Origin: Octopus vulgaris
Taxonomy: Eukaryota
Assembly (NCBI GenBank): GCA_951406725.2
Contig: OX597823.1
Span: forward strand, 78,430,001 to 78,494,000
Direction: 5' to 3'
DNA: 64,000 nucleotides
The notes under the pieces were generated by a model. It ran no database searches. It saw only the letters and a program-made list of their open reading frames with translations, and was not told where the DNA came from. This document shows positions 52,310 to 64,000 of this stretch, piece by piece. The first letter of the stretch is position 1. Each line of letters opens with the position of its first letter. The position numbers and the translations under genes are program-made.

Positions 52310-52526
52310 CAGGGTGTCCACAAAGTCTGGGTACATGGGGATTAACACATGCTTTAAGAAATTATTTCTTATATTTAATTGTTTAATTGTTTATGTCATG
52401 GTTCTATTTATTCCATGTACCCACATGGGAATTAACACATACTTTAAGAAATTTTTATTTCTTATATTTAATTGTTTATGCTATGATTTTATTTACTCCA
52501 TGTACCCAGACACTGTGGACACCCTG
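52310..52526. mobile_element. Tc1/mariner-type MITE with an internal tandem duplication
   Basis: TIR cagggtgtccacaaagtctgggtacatgg / ccatgtacccagacactgtggacaccctg and TA flanks. An internal segment of about 88 bp is duplicated. Confidence 0.92.
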
Positions 52527-52810
52527 TACTCTGTTACTGATTGTAATAATGAACCATAACATCTCCAACTAAATATATATCCGCTCAGTTAACTGTAGTT
52601 CATTCTTCTTTGGTCACACTGCTTTCACGAACTCTCATGACTCTCTGTTGCAATCCAATTCCATTATTATGAATTTGAATTGGGAGCTGGAGTCATAATG
52701 AATCTTTCATTAGCTGATTGTACAACCATGGACGCCACCCCCTTTGGTTGCATTGCAGTTACACTCTTGATAAAGTTTGATGATCCTGATCACTGATCTT
52801 CTAGGATTCC

Positions 52811-53210
52811 TCTCTTTTACTCTTTTACTAATTTCAGTCATTTGACTGTGGCCATGCTGGAGCACCACCTTTAGTCGAGCAAATCGACCCCAGGACTTAT
52901 TCTTTGTAAGCCTAGTACTTATTCTATCGGTCTCTTTTGCCAAACCGCTAAGTTACGGGGACGTAAACACACCACCATCAGTTGTCAAGCGATGTTGGGG
53001 GGACAAACACAGACACACAAACATATACACACTCATATATATATATATACACGACCGGCTTCTTTCAGTTTCCGTCTACCAAATCCACTCACAAGGCTTT
53101 GGTCAGCCCGAGTCTATAGTGGAGGACACTTGCCCAAGGTGCCACGCAGTGGGACTGAAACCAGAACCATGTGGTTGGTAAGCAAGCTACTTACCACACA
53201 GCCACTCCTA
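52811..53210 (-). mobile_element. Family A SINE, young full-length
   Basis: Near-consensus reverse complement. Confidence 0.93.
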
Positions 53211-53430
53211 TACCTACTTCTCTGCTCAACATTAATGTAAAAAGCACTTTGGCCTCAGTTGGGCTCTTCTGCTACCTCATCACAATCCACCTTGCTACAC
53301 TCTCATGACTTTACCGCATCCCTGCCAGGGTGGCTGAATGGATGCTATATTTTACCAAAGAACAACCTGTTACTATGCAGGGTATGGAAGTCACTACTTG
53401 AGGCAATTGCACAATATCCACACACCCAAC

Positions 53431-53823
53431 TTTACTCTTTTACTTGTTTCAGTCATTTGACTGTGGCCATGCTGGAGCACCACCTTTAGTCAAGCAAATC
53501 AACCCCAAGACTTATTCTTTGTAAGCCTAGTATTTATTCTATCAGCCTCTTTTGCTGAACCGCTAAGTTATGGGGACGTAAACACACCAGCATCAGTTGT
53601 CAAGCGATGTTGGGGGACAGACAAATACACACACACACACACACACACACATACATATATACGATGGGCTTCTTTCAGTTTCCGTCTACCAAATCCACTC
53701 ACAAGGCTTTGGTCAGCTCGAGGCTATAGTAGAAGACACTTGCCCTAGGTGCCATGCAGTGGGACTGAACCTGGAACCATGTGGTTGGTAAGCAAGCTAC
53801 TTACCTCACAGCCACTCCTGAGC
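53431..53823 (-). mobile_element. Family A SINE, young full-length
   Basis: Near-consensus reverse complement. Confidence 0.93.
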
Positions 53824-54229
53824 CTTTAGTTCATAATTACTATAAACAGCAGAATTAAATAAAACAATATCTTTCTAAATTTCATCATGTGACTCTACAG
53901 TTATTCTTTGTTAGCCAAAGATTAGTGAGAGTGTTGTTTCTAAGTTTGATGCCAGCTGTTGCTTTGTTGGGGAGAAATTTCAAAGGAAACAAAGAAAGGA
54001 AGGAAGAACATTTATTGCTTGATACTGAAATGCAACAAAAGAGACATTTACATTTTCTAAGAGAGGCTTTCATTTTCTTTTCTAAGAAACGATGGAGGAA
54101 ATTCCTAAAATAGAAATGAGTCAGTGAAGGAGAACATTATGCAGTCACTCAACTAGCTAGAAATAGCAGCCAAATCTCTGTCAAATCACAATGTACTATC
54201 TTAAAAGAATACAGAAGGATACATTAGAT

Positions 54230-54546
54230 CAGTAGTTCTCATCTGGAGTCCATATGGCCCCTGAGAGTCCATTTAAGATTTTGGGGGTCCATGCAACAAA
54301 ATAGTAAATTAGAGAGCCCAAATAGTATTTTAAGGGCTCTTGAAAAATTTTGCTTTAGGTGTATGTATTGCAAGAAACAGCTAGGTTTCTTTCTCTAACA
54401 TGTTACATAATTCAACCTACACAAGTTAATGTGTGAAAAACAAAATAGGAGTTTTGAAAGGAGCTTTTATAAAACTAGTTTTAGGATCCACCAGAATATA
54501 ATAATAACCAAAGAGGTCCATAGATAAAAATGGCTGGGAACTCCTG
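54230..54546. mobile_element. hAT (Charlie-like) MITE with 8-bp TSD, inserted in a family H repeat
   Basis: Ends cagtagttctca / tgggaactcctg. Exact TSD cattagat at 54222-54229 and 54547-54554. Confidence 0.88.
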
Positions 54547-54698
54547 CATTAGATAATGTCACTATGGATGGATACAGAAAAAAATAGGGTTGTCAAAACT
54601 GGAATGTCTTTACTCATAGATCTGTATAAGCAGAACTAATTAATTTGGGGCTAAACAGCAATTGGAATTGAAACACACAAACACACATATACACATAT

Positions 54699-55082
54699 TC
54701 TCTCTTTTACTTGTTTCAGTCATTTGGCTGTGGCCATGCTTGAGCACCACCTTTAGTCGAGCAAATTGACCCTCAGGACTTTGTAAGCCTAGTACTTATT
54801 CTATCAGTCTCTTTTGCCGAATCGCTAAGTTACGGGGACGTAAACACACCACCATCGGTTGTCAAGCGATGTTGGGAGGACAAACACAGGCACACAAACA
54901 TATACACACACATATACATATATATACGACGGGCTTCTTTCAGTCTCCATCTACCAAATCCACTCACAAGGCTTTGGTCAGCCTGAGGCTATAGTAGAAG
55001 ACACTTGCCCAAGGTGCCACACAGTGGGACTGAACCCAGAACCATGTGGTTGGTAAGCAAGCTACTTACCACACAGCTACAC
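54699..55082 (-). mobile_element. Family A SINE, young full-length
   Basis: Near-consensus reverse complement. Confidence 0.92.
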
Positions 55083-56879
55083 CTACTTATAAATCCAGTA
55101 AATATGGTTCCTAAATATCTTCCTGTTAGTCATTAGTCCTTTTATTCTTACAGCCTTTTTCCTCAAATTGTTGCTTTTTGGAACTTACTTCCATCATCTT
55201 GTTTCTTTCTGTTTCATTATATTCAGCCTTTTATCTCTTTAGCAGCCAGATTATTATGTTAAATTTGATGCTTATTTATTCATACTGTTTTGTATTAACA
55301 ATGTATTATCTCAAAGCCTTTGAGAGTTCAATGATTTGATCATTTTATTCTTACAATGACATTGTAGGATATGTTGGAACAGTTGAATCTGGTCAGTTTG
55401 TGCACAAAATATGTTGAATATTTTGGCCAGATTTCTGTCAATTGATTTCTGTCAATCGATATCATTTCAGTTTGTAAGCTCCTTCTTTTCTTTCTTGGTA
55501 TCTCTTAAGCAACAGAGACCTCAAGCTTTGTTTCAAATAAATTCATTAAAAAAGAAAAAAAGTAAAAAGCTGAAGACTTACAAGGAATTGAACCTGCTAA
55601 TTACTGAATATAAGTTGAATTGCCATAGTAGTACATATACTGCTCAAATTTTCTATTTTAATTTATGTCGACTTTTTTCTTTTGTTTTTCTTCTTTCTTT
55701 GAACAACATGGTAAATAAATATTAAAATCTATATTAAAATATATTTGCTCGTACATACACACTCAACTATCACCATCATTAATCACCTGAGATGATACAG
55801 TTGGTAACATTTAACTAGAAGCCTTTATCTCTTAGTTTATCATTTTATCTGCATCATTACATCTGTCTATAAAGCATTTTACTTCATTTTATTTCATATT
55901 ATTTTATTCCATTTTTAACTTCATTTATTTTACTTTCTCTTGTTTTCTTATTTATATATATGTCTTATATGTTTGTTTTCTTTGTCCATTGATCTCTGAA
56001 GGAGGAAGTTAAATAAATCACCAAAATATTGAATGAAAATACCCATCAGGCTTAAAACGTCATCTATTGTGGCGTGTGTCTTCTTTCAGATGAACGTTTA
56101 ATGGCTTCTCGCTTCAGCCCTATGGTGTGACAGTCATTAATTGAAAGTTATTTTGTATAATTAATTCTATATAATCAAATCATCAATACTGATGGGAAAT
56201 TTCGCTGTTGTTTTGTCATGGCTTCCTATTTGAACTTCCTCGTCTCATTCTGAATTAGCAGCATCTCTTAGAGAGGAAGAAAAACCAAAAAAAAAAAAAT
56301 GTTAATAAAAAAGTAATATGTCAAAAAACAAAAAAAACACACAAACACTCTAGAAGCTCTCTTGAAGCTATATATATCAAGATATAAATGAATAATGCAA
56401 TATATATACATACACACACACACACACACATACACATACACACATATATATATATATTCATATATGCATACACATATACTGTATGCATAATATGTGCTCA
56501 TATAATTTTTATTTTTGTTTATTTCATTTACTTATTTCCATTTATAACTTTTTCAATTTTAATTTCTAGTTATCAATATTGTTTTCAATTTTTTTTTTTT
56601 TTTTTTTTTTTAGAAATTTTAAAACGTACGCAATTTAGTATATGTGTTTCATTAAAAAATGAAAATTGATCAAATGAAAACTGACTAGACAGTTGAAAGA
56701 AGATTATATTCTTTTACTCACAAACTTTAATTCTATTATTTTACTCCTATATATATATATATAAATTTTAATTTTATTTTGATTTTTTTTTTTTGATCTT
56801 GTTCATTATAGTACATTATAGATTGAATTATTTTGTTCAGATGCTTGTGTATTTCGACTGTTATTTTTCTCTACTTTAG

Positions 56880-56965
56880 GTGGCATAGGCCCTGTGATCT
56901 GTCAACCTTTGATCATCGGCCTTTCCGCACTAATTTCTGTATCAGTAGGTTTAATACTACATTGA
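56880..56965 (+). CDS. Last coding exon: completes LDLa Cys6 and encodes a GPI-anchor-like hydrophobic C-terminus (CGIGPVICQPLIIGLSALISVSVGLILH*)
   Basis: Pyrimidine-rich acceptor ttatttttctctactttag|GT. A phase-1 join with exon 13571-13693 gives T+GT = Cys. A 17-aa hydrophobic stretch is followed by His and TGA at 56963-56965. A strong donor CAG|gtaag at 56975/56976 delimits the exon. The linkage to the LDLa exon is inferred. Confidence 0.72.
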
Positions 56966-57650
56966 CCTGAGACAGGTAAGACGGATTCATTCCGTTTGGT
57001 CAGTTCAAAGCTACTCGCTAACATTGCATGATCCACCTACTTCTTTCTTTGCCCTGTCTGATATTTGCTATTGCTTCCTCCCAAAGAAAACCCAGAGAAA
57101 AATGAAGCCATGAAATTGGGGTGCACAACAGAAAAATTATTGCTAACATTATGCTGTATTGTTTTGATCACGATTGAACCATGTATAAACCTTCCCATCC
57201 ATGACAAACCAAGTCCAACTCACAGTTTCAATTCCCACTTAAAGTGGTTTCTTTCCCCTATGCTACTAATGTCCTCAACTATCTTAGCATCTTGTTTTTC
57301 TTCCCTGAATGTGGCACTTTCCAAATTTTAAAGCCAATGACCCCTCACAAATAAGTAAAACTTGGTTACATGTACAATGCTTTTCTTCATTGTTCTAGAT
57401 TGCTATGTAGTCATGAGCTGACACAGAGATCCTCTTGACTCTCCAACCCTTCGACAGCATTATACCTGGGATGTAACAGTTGGAGGGAGAGAGATCTGCA
57501 TCAGCATGTGGCTGGTACTCATTTCACAACACATTGCCCATCCAGGAATTGGAGCCATAATGTTATGATTGTAAACTAAATACATTAACCACCAGCCACA
57601 TAGCTTCACTTTTGGGATTAAAAATTAATGTTCAGTGATATTGCGTAATG

Positions 57651-57898
57651 TGGAGGTGCGTGGCTTAGTGGTTAGGGTGTTGAACTCATGATCATAAGGT
57701 TGTGGTTTCGATTCCTGGACCAGGCGATGCATTGTGTTTTTGAGCAAAACACTTCATTTTCATGTTGTTCTAGTCCACTCAGCTGGCAAAAATGCGTAAT
57801 CCTGCGATGGACCAGCGTCCCGTCCAGGTGGGTAATTTTTACGCCACTGAAACCAGGAAACCGGCCCTTGTGAGCTTGGCATGGCTCGAGAAGGAACA
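57651..57898 (+). mobile_element. tRNA-derived CORE-like SINE (related minus-strand relics at 36120-36415 and 57480-57608)
   Basis: A box tggcttagtgg, B box gtttcgattcc, then ttgagcaaaacactt...ccactcagctg CORE-like block. Confidence 0.8.
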
Positions 57899-59249
57899 TT
57901 TATTACATTGCATAATAAGTATTGTGGAGTAGAAGTTAGCTCTCTGTTGAATTTCACTGAAACTGATAATATTCTTCAGGAAAATATAAATATCATACAA
58001 ATATTATATCTGACCTTTTAACCAAAGAAGCAAATCTAGCACTGAAGTACATTGTACCTGACACTCTGTATAATTAGGGTAGAGTTAGAATTAACTGAAG
58101 GAAAAGTGAGGAAATACCTTTGTAATTATATGTTAGTTGATATCTATGTTGATATTGAATGGAACATGATCAATTATAAGTTATCTCACTTAGAGGCCAG
58201 AATTTTTGAAATTACTTTCTACTAATCAAAAACCAATGCTAGTTGTATGTTGAAACAATCCCAACAAAGTAAAGTAATACTAGTCTTACCAATATAATCA
58301 CCAACAACACAAGACCAGCATCTCTCACCTCACCTGTATATACCTTAATAAAATGTATATGTAAGTAATGATAATGATGGAACCACAACGTTGGTTATCA
58401 TCATACTAGCACTTATCATAGAAACAATTAAATAAGGGGTATTATTAATGATGGCACCTGAAGTAACGATGGCAATATGTGACTTGTAATTATGATAATG
58501 ATGATGGTGATGAGCATCATCAGCATCATCATAATTATCAACACTAATTTCTTTTTCGTGTTCACCATCATATAATTTTAAATTATATCTTACTAATTTA
58601 AATTATAATCATTATCATTTTCTGCAAACAAGATTAAATAGAAAATAAAGATTTTGTCAAGTTCACACAAAGCATAGAATTCTTAAACATAATTTCAGTT
58701 GTCTTATTTAAAAACAATATATATTACCTATTTCCCTCCTTGAATAGTATTATTTTACATGAACGTTTTGCCAAAGTAAACTTTGGCAATAACTAGCCAA
58801 TGTATTTTGAGATGTATTTATTCTAAAAATGACTTTTATTTTGATGTATTTATCAAAAAAAAAAAAATGAAAAAAATAGCTTAAAATTAAAATCACATAT
58901 TTGGATAATTAAATAATTTTTAAAAATAGCCTTAAAAAATCATATTTCTTTTCTGCTATATAATAAGAATTAAATTTTAAAGATGAGCTGAAAACTTTTT
59001 TTCAGTTGTTTAATGATTTTATTTTTCTTCATCTCAGTTGAAAGATGAATTATGAATATTCTGCATTTACTGTGAGCTTGTGTTTGCTCTGTTGCCTCAA
59101 AGAAGCCATACTGAAAAGAAAAATTATCGACAGTAATTTTGTCACTGAATATAAAATAACCATAAAATAAGTAACTAATAAATTTTGTATATTAGAATTT
59201 TAAAAGAAAAATGGAAAACTTTTAAGCAGAGAAATCTACTTAGAACTTG

Positions 59250-59306
<57 letters not shown>

Positions 59307-59507
59307 TCAGATTTTGAAACACTATTAAAAGAAGAGAAACATTTTCTTAGTATATGGGAAGGAATGGTTCTCATGAGCTATAAAACTATATAACTGATCT
59401 GTTCAAACTTCCTCCTATTTTGTACTGATAAGGCTGATAAGGCCCACACTGGTCTCTAATATTAACTTGAGGCTAAATATAAATATATGGAAATTGTAGC
59501 TAAGATA

Positions 59508-59826
59508 CCCGTGCCGGTGACACGTTAAAAGCACCATCCGAATGTGACAGATGCCAGCGCCGCCTGACGGCCGTCCATGTCGTTGACACGTAATAGCACC
59601 AACCGATCATGGCCGTTTGCCAGCCTCCTCTGGCTCCAGTGCCGGTGGCATGTAAAAAGCACCCACTACACTCACGGAGTGGTTGGCGTTAGGAGGGCAT
59701 CCAGCTGTAGAAACACTGCCAGATCAGAGACTGGTGCCTGGTGCAGCCTCCTGACTTCCTAGACCCCGGTCAAACTGTCCAACCTATGCTAGCATGGAAA
59801 ACGGACGTTAAATGAAGATGATGATA
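59508..59826 (+). mobile_element. Family C retroposon
   Basis: Three gtgccggtggcacgtaaaaagcacc-like units, the conserved 3' body and a gatgatg tail. Confidence 0.88.
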
Positions 59827-60686
59827 TATTGATAGATATGATTCCATCTATTTGTTTACAAATAGATGCAATCTCTGTTATTTTATATGGTACCTCAGAT
59901 CTTTCACAAATTGTGTACATGTGTGTGTGTGTGTTTGTGTGAGAAAGAGAGAGAGGACAAGAAGGTGTATGTATTGACTAAATTGACCAATGATTCAATG
60001 TATTCTTATATCAATAATATTTACTAGCCATAACATCGTTCAAACATTATTACAGTTCAAATAGGATTACTGTTACCAGTATGATGCACTTCTGGACAAG
60101 ATAGATAACTCTGCTCTCCTTAAATCTTTTTGAAGTCATTCCTTTTATTCAGAATTGAGTGATTGGCAGTAGAAAGGGGCTTTGTGCTTACCAAAATTTA
60201 TATGTCCATTTTTTTTTTTTATCACATGTATTCCCTATAAAAGTAGAATAAGAATAGAAGAAAATTATGTGGATTCTTTGTAATATCATTTATATAAATT
60301 TGCCCTTCTTTCAATCTGCTAAGCAAGCCTTTTAAACCGAATTAGTAAAAGCTTTGTTTTCTTTCCTTGAGAATGAAGTTAGGACGTATAGTTTATAATT
60401 TTAAGTCCTTAAAATATCAAAAGGTAAATCTCAGTAGAAGAGTCCCTTCAGTTTACAAACCTCTTTCCCTCTTTCTTTTTACCATATGGAAACCAGCATT
60501 TGCCAATTCAAATAGCAACATATTTAGTTATTTAAATAATAATGAAGAGAGATAGGGAGACATATACACACATGTATACATGTATATGCTCATGCAGTTA
60601 CTTTCAGCAGTTTGAGTTTGGTTTTTCCAGTTGATACCAGTGCTTTATTATTGCTGTTCTTTTATGATTTTCTTGAAAACGTGTGG

Positions 60687-60738
60687 TACTAACAATTAAT
60701 GGTGTGCTTTGATTGGCTGATTTTGCGTGGATTTGCAG
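60687..60738 (+). promoter_or_regulatory. Candidate branch point and 3' splice site of a 3'-UTR exon
   Basis: Perfect TACTAAC at 60687-60693, then an AG-free stretch ending tttgcag at 60738. It could pair with the unmatched donor at 56976. Confidence 0.4.
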
Positions 60739-61305
60739 TTACTGTTTTTATGAGAACAGAATACTAACTCTCTCTCTCTTTCTCTCTCTCTTTTTCTCTC
60801 TCTCTCTCTCAAAATTATTTTTATATGGAATGTTAACAGTTCTTTGATATTTCTTTGGAAAGAAATTTATGTGATAAAAATATATATTTACAAGAAAATA
60901 TTGATACACTATTTCAGAAATAATATATCTATTCCTACACACACATGCGCATACACACATGCACACACACACACATACGCACACATACACATATACACAT
61001 GTATGTATGTATATGTATGTATACATATATATATATATATATGTTAGAAAATAAACTTCATGTCACTTATATGGTATCTTCAAATTTGCAGGAATTAATA
61101 TCTACGTCACAATAAAATTTTTAATCAAGCTGTAAAATTTAATTGTTTTTTTACATATATATATACTGAGAATATGGAATACTATAAATATTGGTTACAA
61201 TTAAATATTTTTTGGTCTTTGTGTTTAAGTACTTTATATACATAAAATATATTATAATATTAAGAAGTAGCATGTATGTGTATTTAGTGAGTGATTAAAT
61301 GATTG

Positions 61306-61336
<31 letters not shown>

Positions 61337-61521
61337 CATGAGTGTGTGTGTATATAAAATGATATTTATTTCATTTGCTAAAGCATTTTATATCAGTGAT
61401 TGCTAAAATTTACTTAAAATATTCCAAATAGAAACATTAAAAAAAAAAACGTTGCAATAAATTTAAAACTTGTAAGTATAAGTACTTAAGTGATAAAATT
61501 ATATTTTCATATATCTACAAA

Positions 61522-61565
<44 letters not shown>

Positions 61566-61758
61566 GTTCACCTATTAATTTAGATTTTTATTTTAAATGA
61601 ATTAAAAGGCAAATTTAATTTATGTTTAGATAATGATTTCTTATATTTAGATAATGTGAGCACACACAATTACATACATGCAAGCAGGCTGTCACGTATG
61701 GTAACATCATGCATGTATTTGCTCAAATATCCTACTGCTTCAAATATCTCACTCACTG

Positions 61759-61852
61759 CATACAGTAGCATGTATAAATATCCTTCTACATACTGTAGCA
61801 TGTATAAATATCCTTCTACATACTGTAGCATGTATAAATATCTTTCCGCATA
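61759..61852. repeat. 30-bp minisatellite, about 3 copies
   Basis: catac(a/t)gtagcatgtataaatatc(c/t)ttc(ta/cg) x3. Confidence 0.9.
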
Positions 61853-62602
61853 CATTAATATGTGATGTATTGGAATTTAATAAATGCTCTGTATATGAGA
61901 GAAATGTATCTGGTACTTCAGCAAATTAAAGAGATTTAATGCGATGACTACAACTACTATTAATACTACAGCTAAAGGAACTACTACAACTCTTCATATT
62001 GTGTGTCTTAAATATAAATAGATCCAGCATAGCTGAATGGTTTTGAAGCTCATTTCGCAGTCATGAGATCCAGGTTCAATCCTACTGTATGTCATTTTGG
62101 ATAATTGTCTTTTATTGGGTATGACACATTGGGTATGAGACAGCCACTTGGCACCACATATTAAACATCACTGATCTGATGCTGACTTACTTGACAGTGT
62201 AATCAGCCCAGTATGCTTCCTTATGGTTTCTACTTATGAAACTGAATTAAGGGAAACTACATGAAGCATGCTGAACAGATTATACTTCAATCCAAAAGAC
62301 CCTATTTTGTCACACATGCACACTGTATTACAGTTATGCTACCTAAAGATTATGTGAAAGGTATACGTATCTGTGAAATAGTTAACAACTTAACCTACTT
62401 TATCCCAATCTCTACAATTGTAGACCTTGCATGTTATTAACCACAGAGCAGGTTATTGTTAACTGATCAGCTTAAATAGTGTGATACACACATACAAGGG
62501 TGGGCATACAAGCTACTGATGATGTTTGCATTCCAAGGGTGAATGACTATTTGTGGTATGTATCCTGCTATACACATACAAGCTTGCTTCAACCATACAC
62601 AT

Positions 62603-63048
62603 AGGTGTGGTTGTGTGGTAAGAAGCTTGCTTTCCAGCCTCATAGTTCTGGGTTCAGTACCACTGCATGGCACCTTGGCCAAGTGTCTTCTTCTATAGTC
62701 TTGGGCCGATCAAAGTCTTGTGAGTGAATTTGGTAGACGGAAACTGAAAGAAAGAAACCTGTTGTGTATGTGTGTGTGTGTGATGTGTATATGGGTGAGT
62801 GTGCATGTGCGTCTGTGTATATGTGTTTGTGTGTGAGTGTGTGTGTGTTTGTGAGAGAAGGTCCCTCACCACTGCTTGACAACCAGTGTTGGTGTGTTTA
62901 TATCACTCTAAGTTAGCAGTTTGGTAAAAAATATCGATAGAATTAGTACCAGGCTTAAAAAACAAAATACTGGGCTCAATTTTTTCGACTAAGATTCTTC
63001 CCCAGCATGGCCACAGTCTAACGACTCAAACAAGTAAAAGATAAAAGA
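62603..63048 (+). mobile_element. Family A SINE (older subfamily)
   Basis: Head, microsatellite and tail all present. Confidence 0.88.
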
Positions 63049-63121
63049 AATTCCAACTTGTATGGTACACTACAAAAGTAATTTTGAACAGTGAAAATGG
63101 AGAGCATATGACTATGTAATC

Positions 63122-63530
63122 TTTACTCTTTTACTTGTTTCAGTCATTTGACTGCACCCATGCTGGAGCACCACCTTTAGTCAAGCAACTCGACCCCAGG
63201 ACTTATTCTTTGGAAGCCTAGTATTTATTCTATCGGTGTCTTTTGCTGAACTGCTAAGTTACGGGGACGTAAACACACCAGCATCTGTTGTCAAGCGACG
63301 TTGGGGAGACAAACACTGACACACAAACATACACACATACATATATATACACATATATACATATATACGACAGGCTTTTTTCAGTTTCCGTCTACCAAAT
63401 CCACTCACAAGGCTTTGGTTGGCCTGAGGCTATAGTAGAAGACACTTGCCCAAGGTGCCACGCATTGGGAATGAACCCAGAACCATGTAGTTGGTAAGCA
63501 AGCTACTTACCACACAGCCACTCCTGAGCC
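63122..63530 (-). mobile_element. Family A SINE, young full-length
   Basis: Near-consensus reverse complement. Confidence 0.93.
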
Positions 63531-63740
63531 TATGTGTGTGTACATATGTTTGTTTCTATGTATGTGCTTGTGTGTGTATATGTCTGTGCTCATGTTTTTT
63601 TTAGCCTGAGATCAGCCTAGATCAAGCAGACATGTGTTGAAGATATTTCAGCTGTGGCCATTCGATTTGTCTTCAGACATAGCTTATGAGAGATTACATT
63701 ATTGAATGTCTTTCATGTTTTTTTTTATATTCTTTTTATA

Positions 63741-63956
63741 AAAGACAGCGAGCTGGCTGAAACGTTAGCATATCGGGCGAAACGCTTACCGGTATTTTGT
63801 CTGTCTTTATGTTCTGAGTTCAAATTCTGCCGAGGTCAACTTTGCCTGTCATTCTTTTGGGATCAATAAATTAAGTACCAATTGTGTACTGCAGTTGATC
63901 TAATCGACTGGGCCCCCTCCCCCAAAATTTCGGGCTTGTGCCTAGAGTAGAAAAGA
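63741..63956 (+). mobile_element. Family B SINE monomer with 14-bp TSD, inserted into a family H repeat
   Basis: TSD atattctttttata at 63727-63740 and 63957-63970. Confidence 0.9.
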
Positions 63957-64000
63957 ATATTCTTTTTATATATTCTGAAGGTATTACTGTATGATTTAAG

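Noticed and set aside
1-64000. The listed ORFs of 60-147 aa
   Set aside because: Almost all are YI/HT/CV dipeptide runs from microsatellites or recurring translations of SINEs (e.g. FRLPNPLTRLWSA). None resembles a host protein; 42158-42544 is a LINE relic.

Overview
AT-rich, repeat-dense animal genomic DNA. The SINE families and the heavy (TA)n/(CA)n/(TATG)n load point to an octopus or other coleoid cephalopod genome (inferred, not proven). Nearly all listed ORFs are microsatellite or SINE artefacts. Real coding content appears limited to two small + strand exons that the ORF track missed. One is a 123-nt phase-1/1 exon encoding an LDL-receptor class A (LDLa) module (13571-13693). The other is an exon about 43 kb downstream (56880-56975) that supplies the sixth LDLa cysteine across the junction and a GPI-signal-like hydrophobic C-terminus, followed by a 3'-UTR intron. 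The rest is largely intronic TE material: tRNA-headed SINEs (several with target-site duplications), mariner, hAT and piggyBac-type MITEs, two non-autonomous Helitrons, two Helentron-type HINEs and decayed LINEs. The most notable non-coding signal is a set of minimal type-I hammerhead-ribozyme motifs of the Penelope-like-element kind, at least seven motifs of four sequence types. Three cluster at 26.5-27.1 kb, and one near-intact copy lies sense to the host intron. I found no convincing wholly new protein-coding system.
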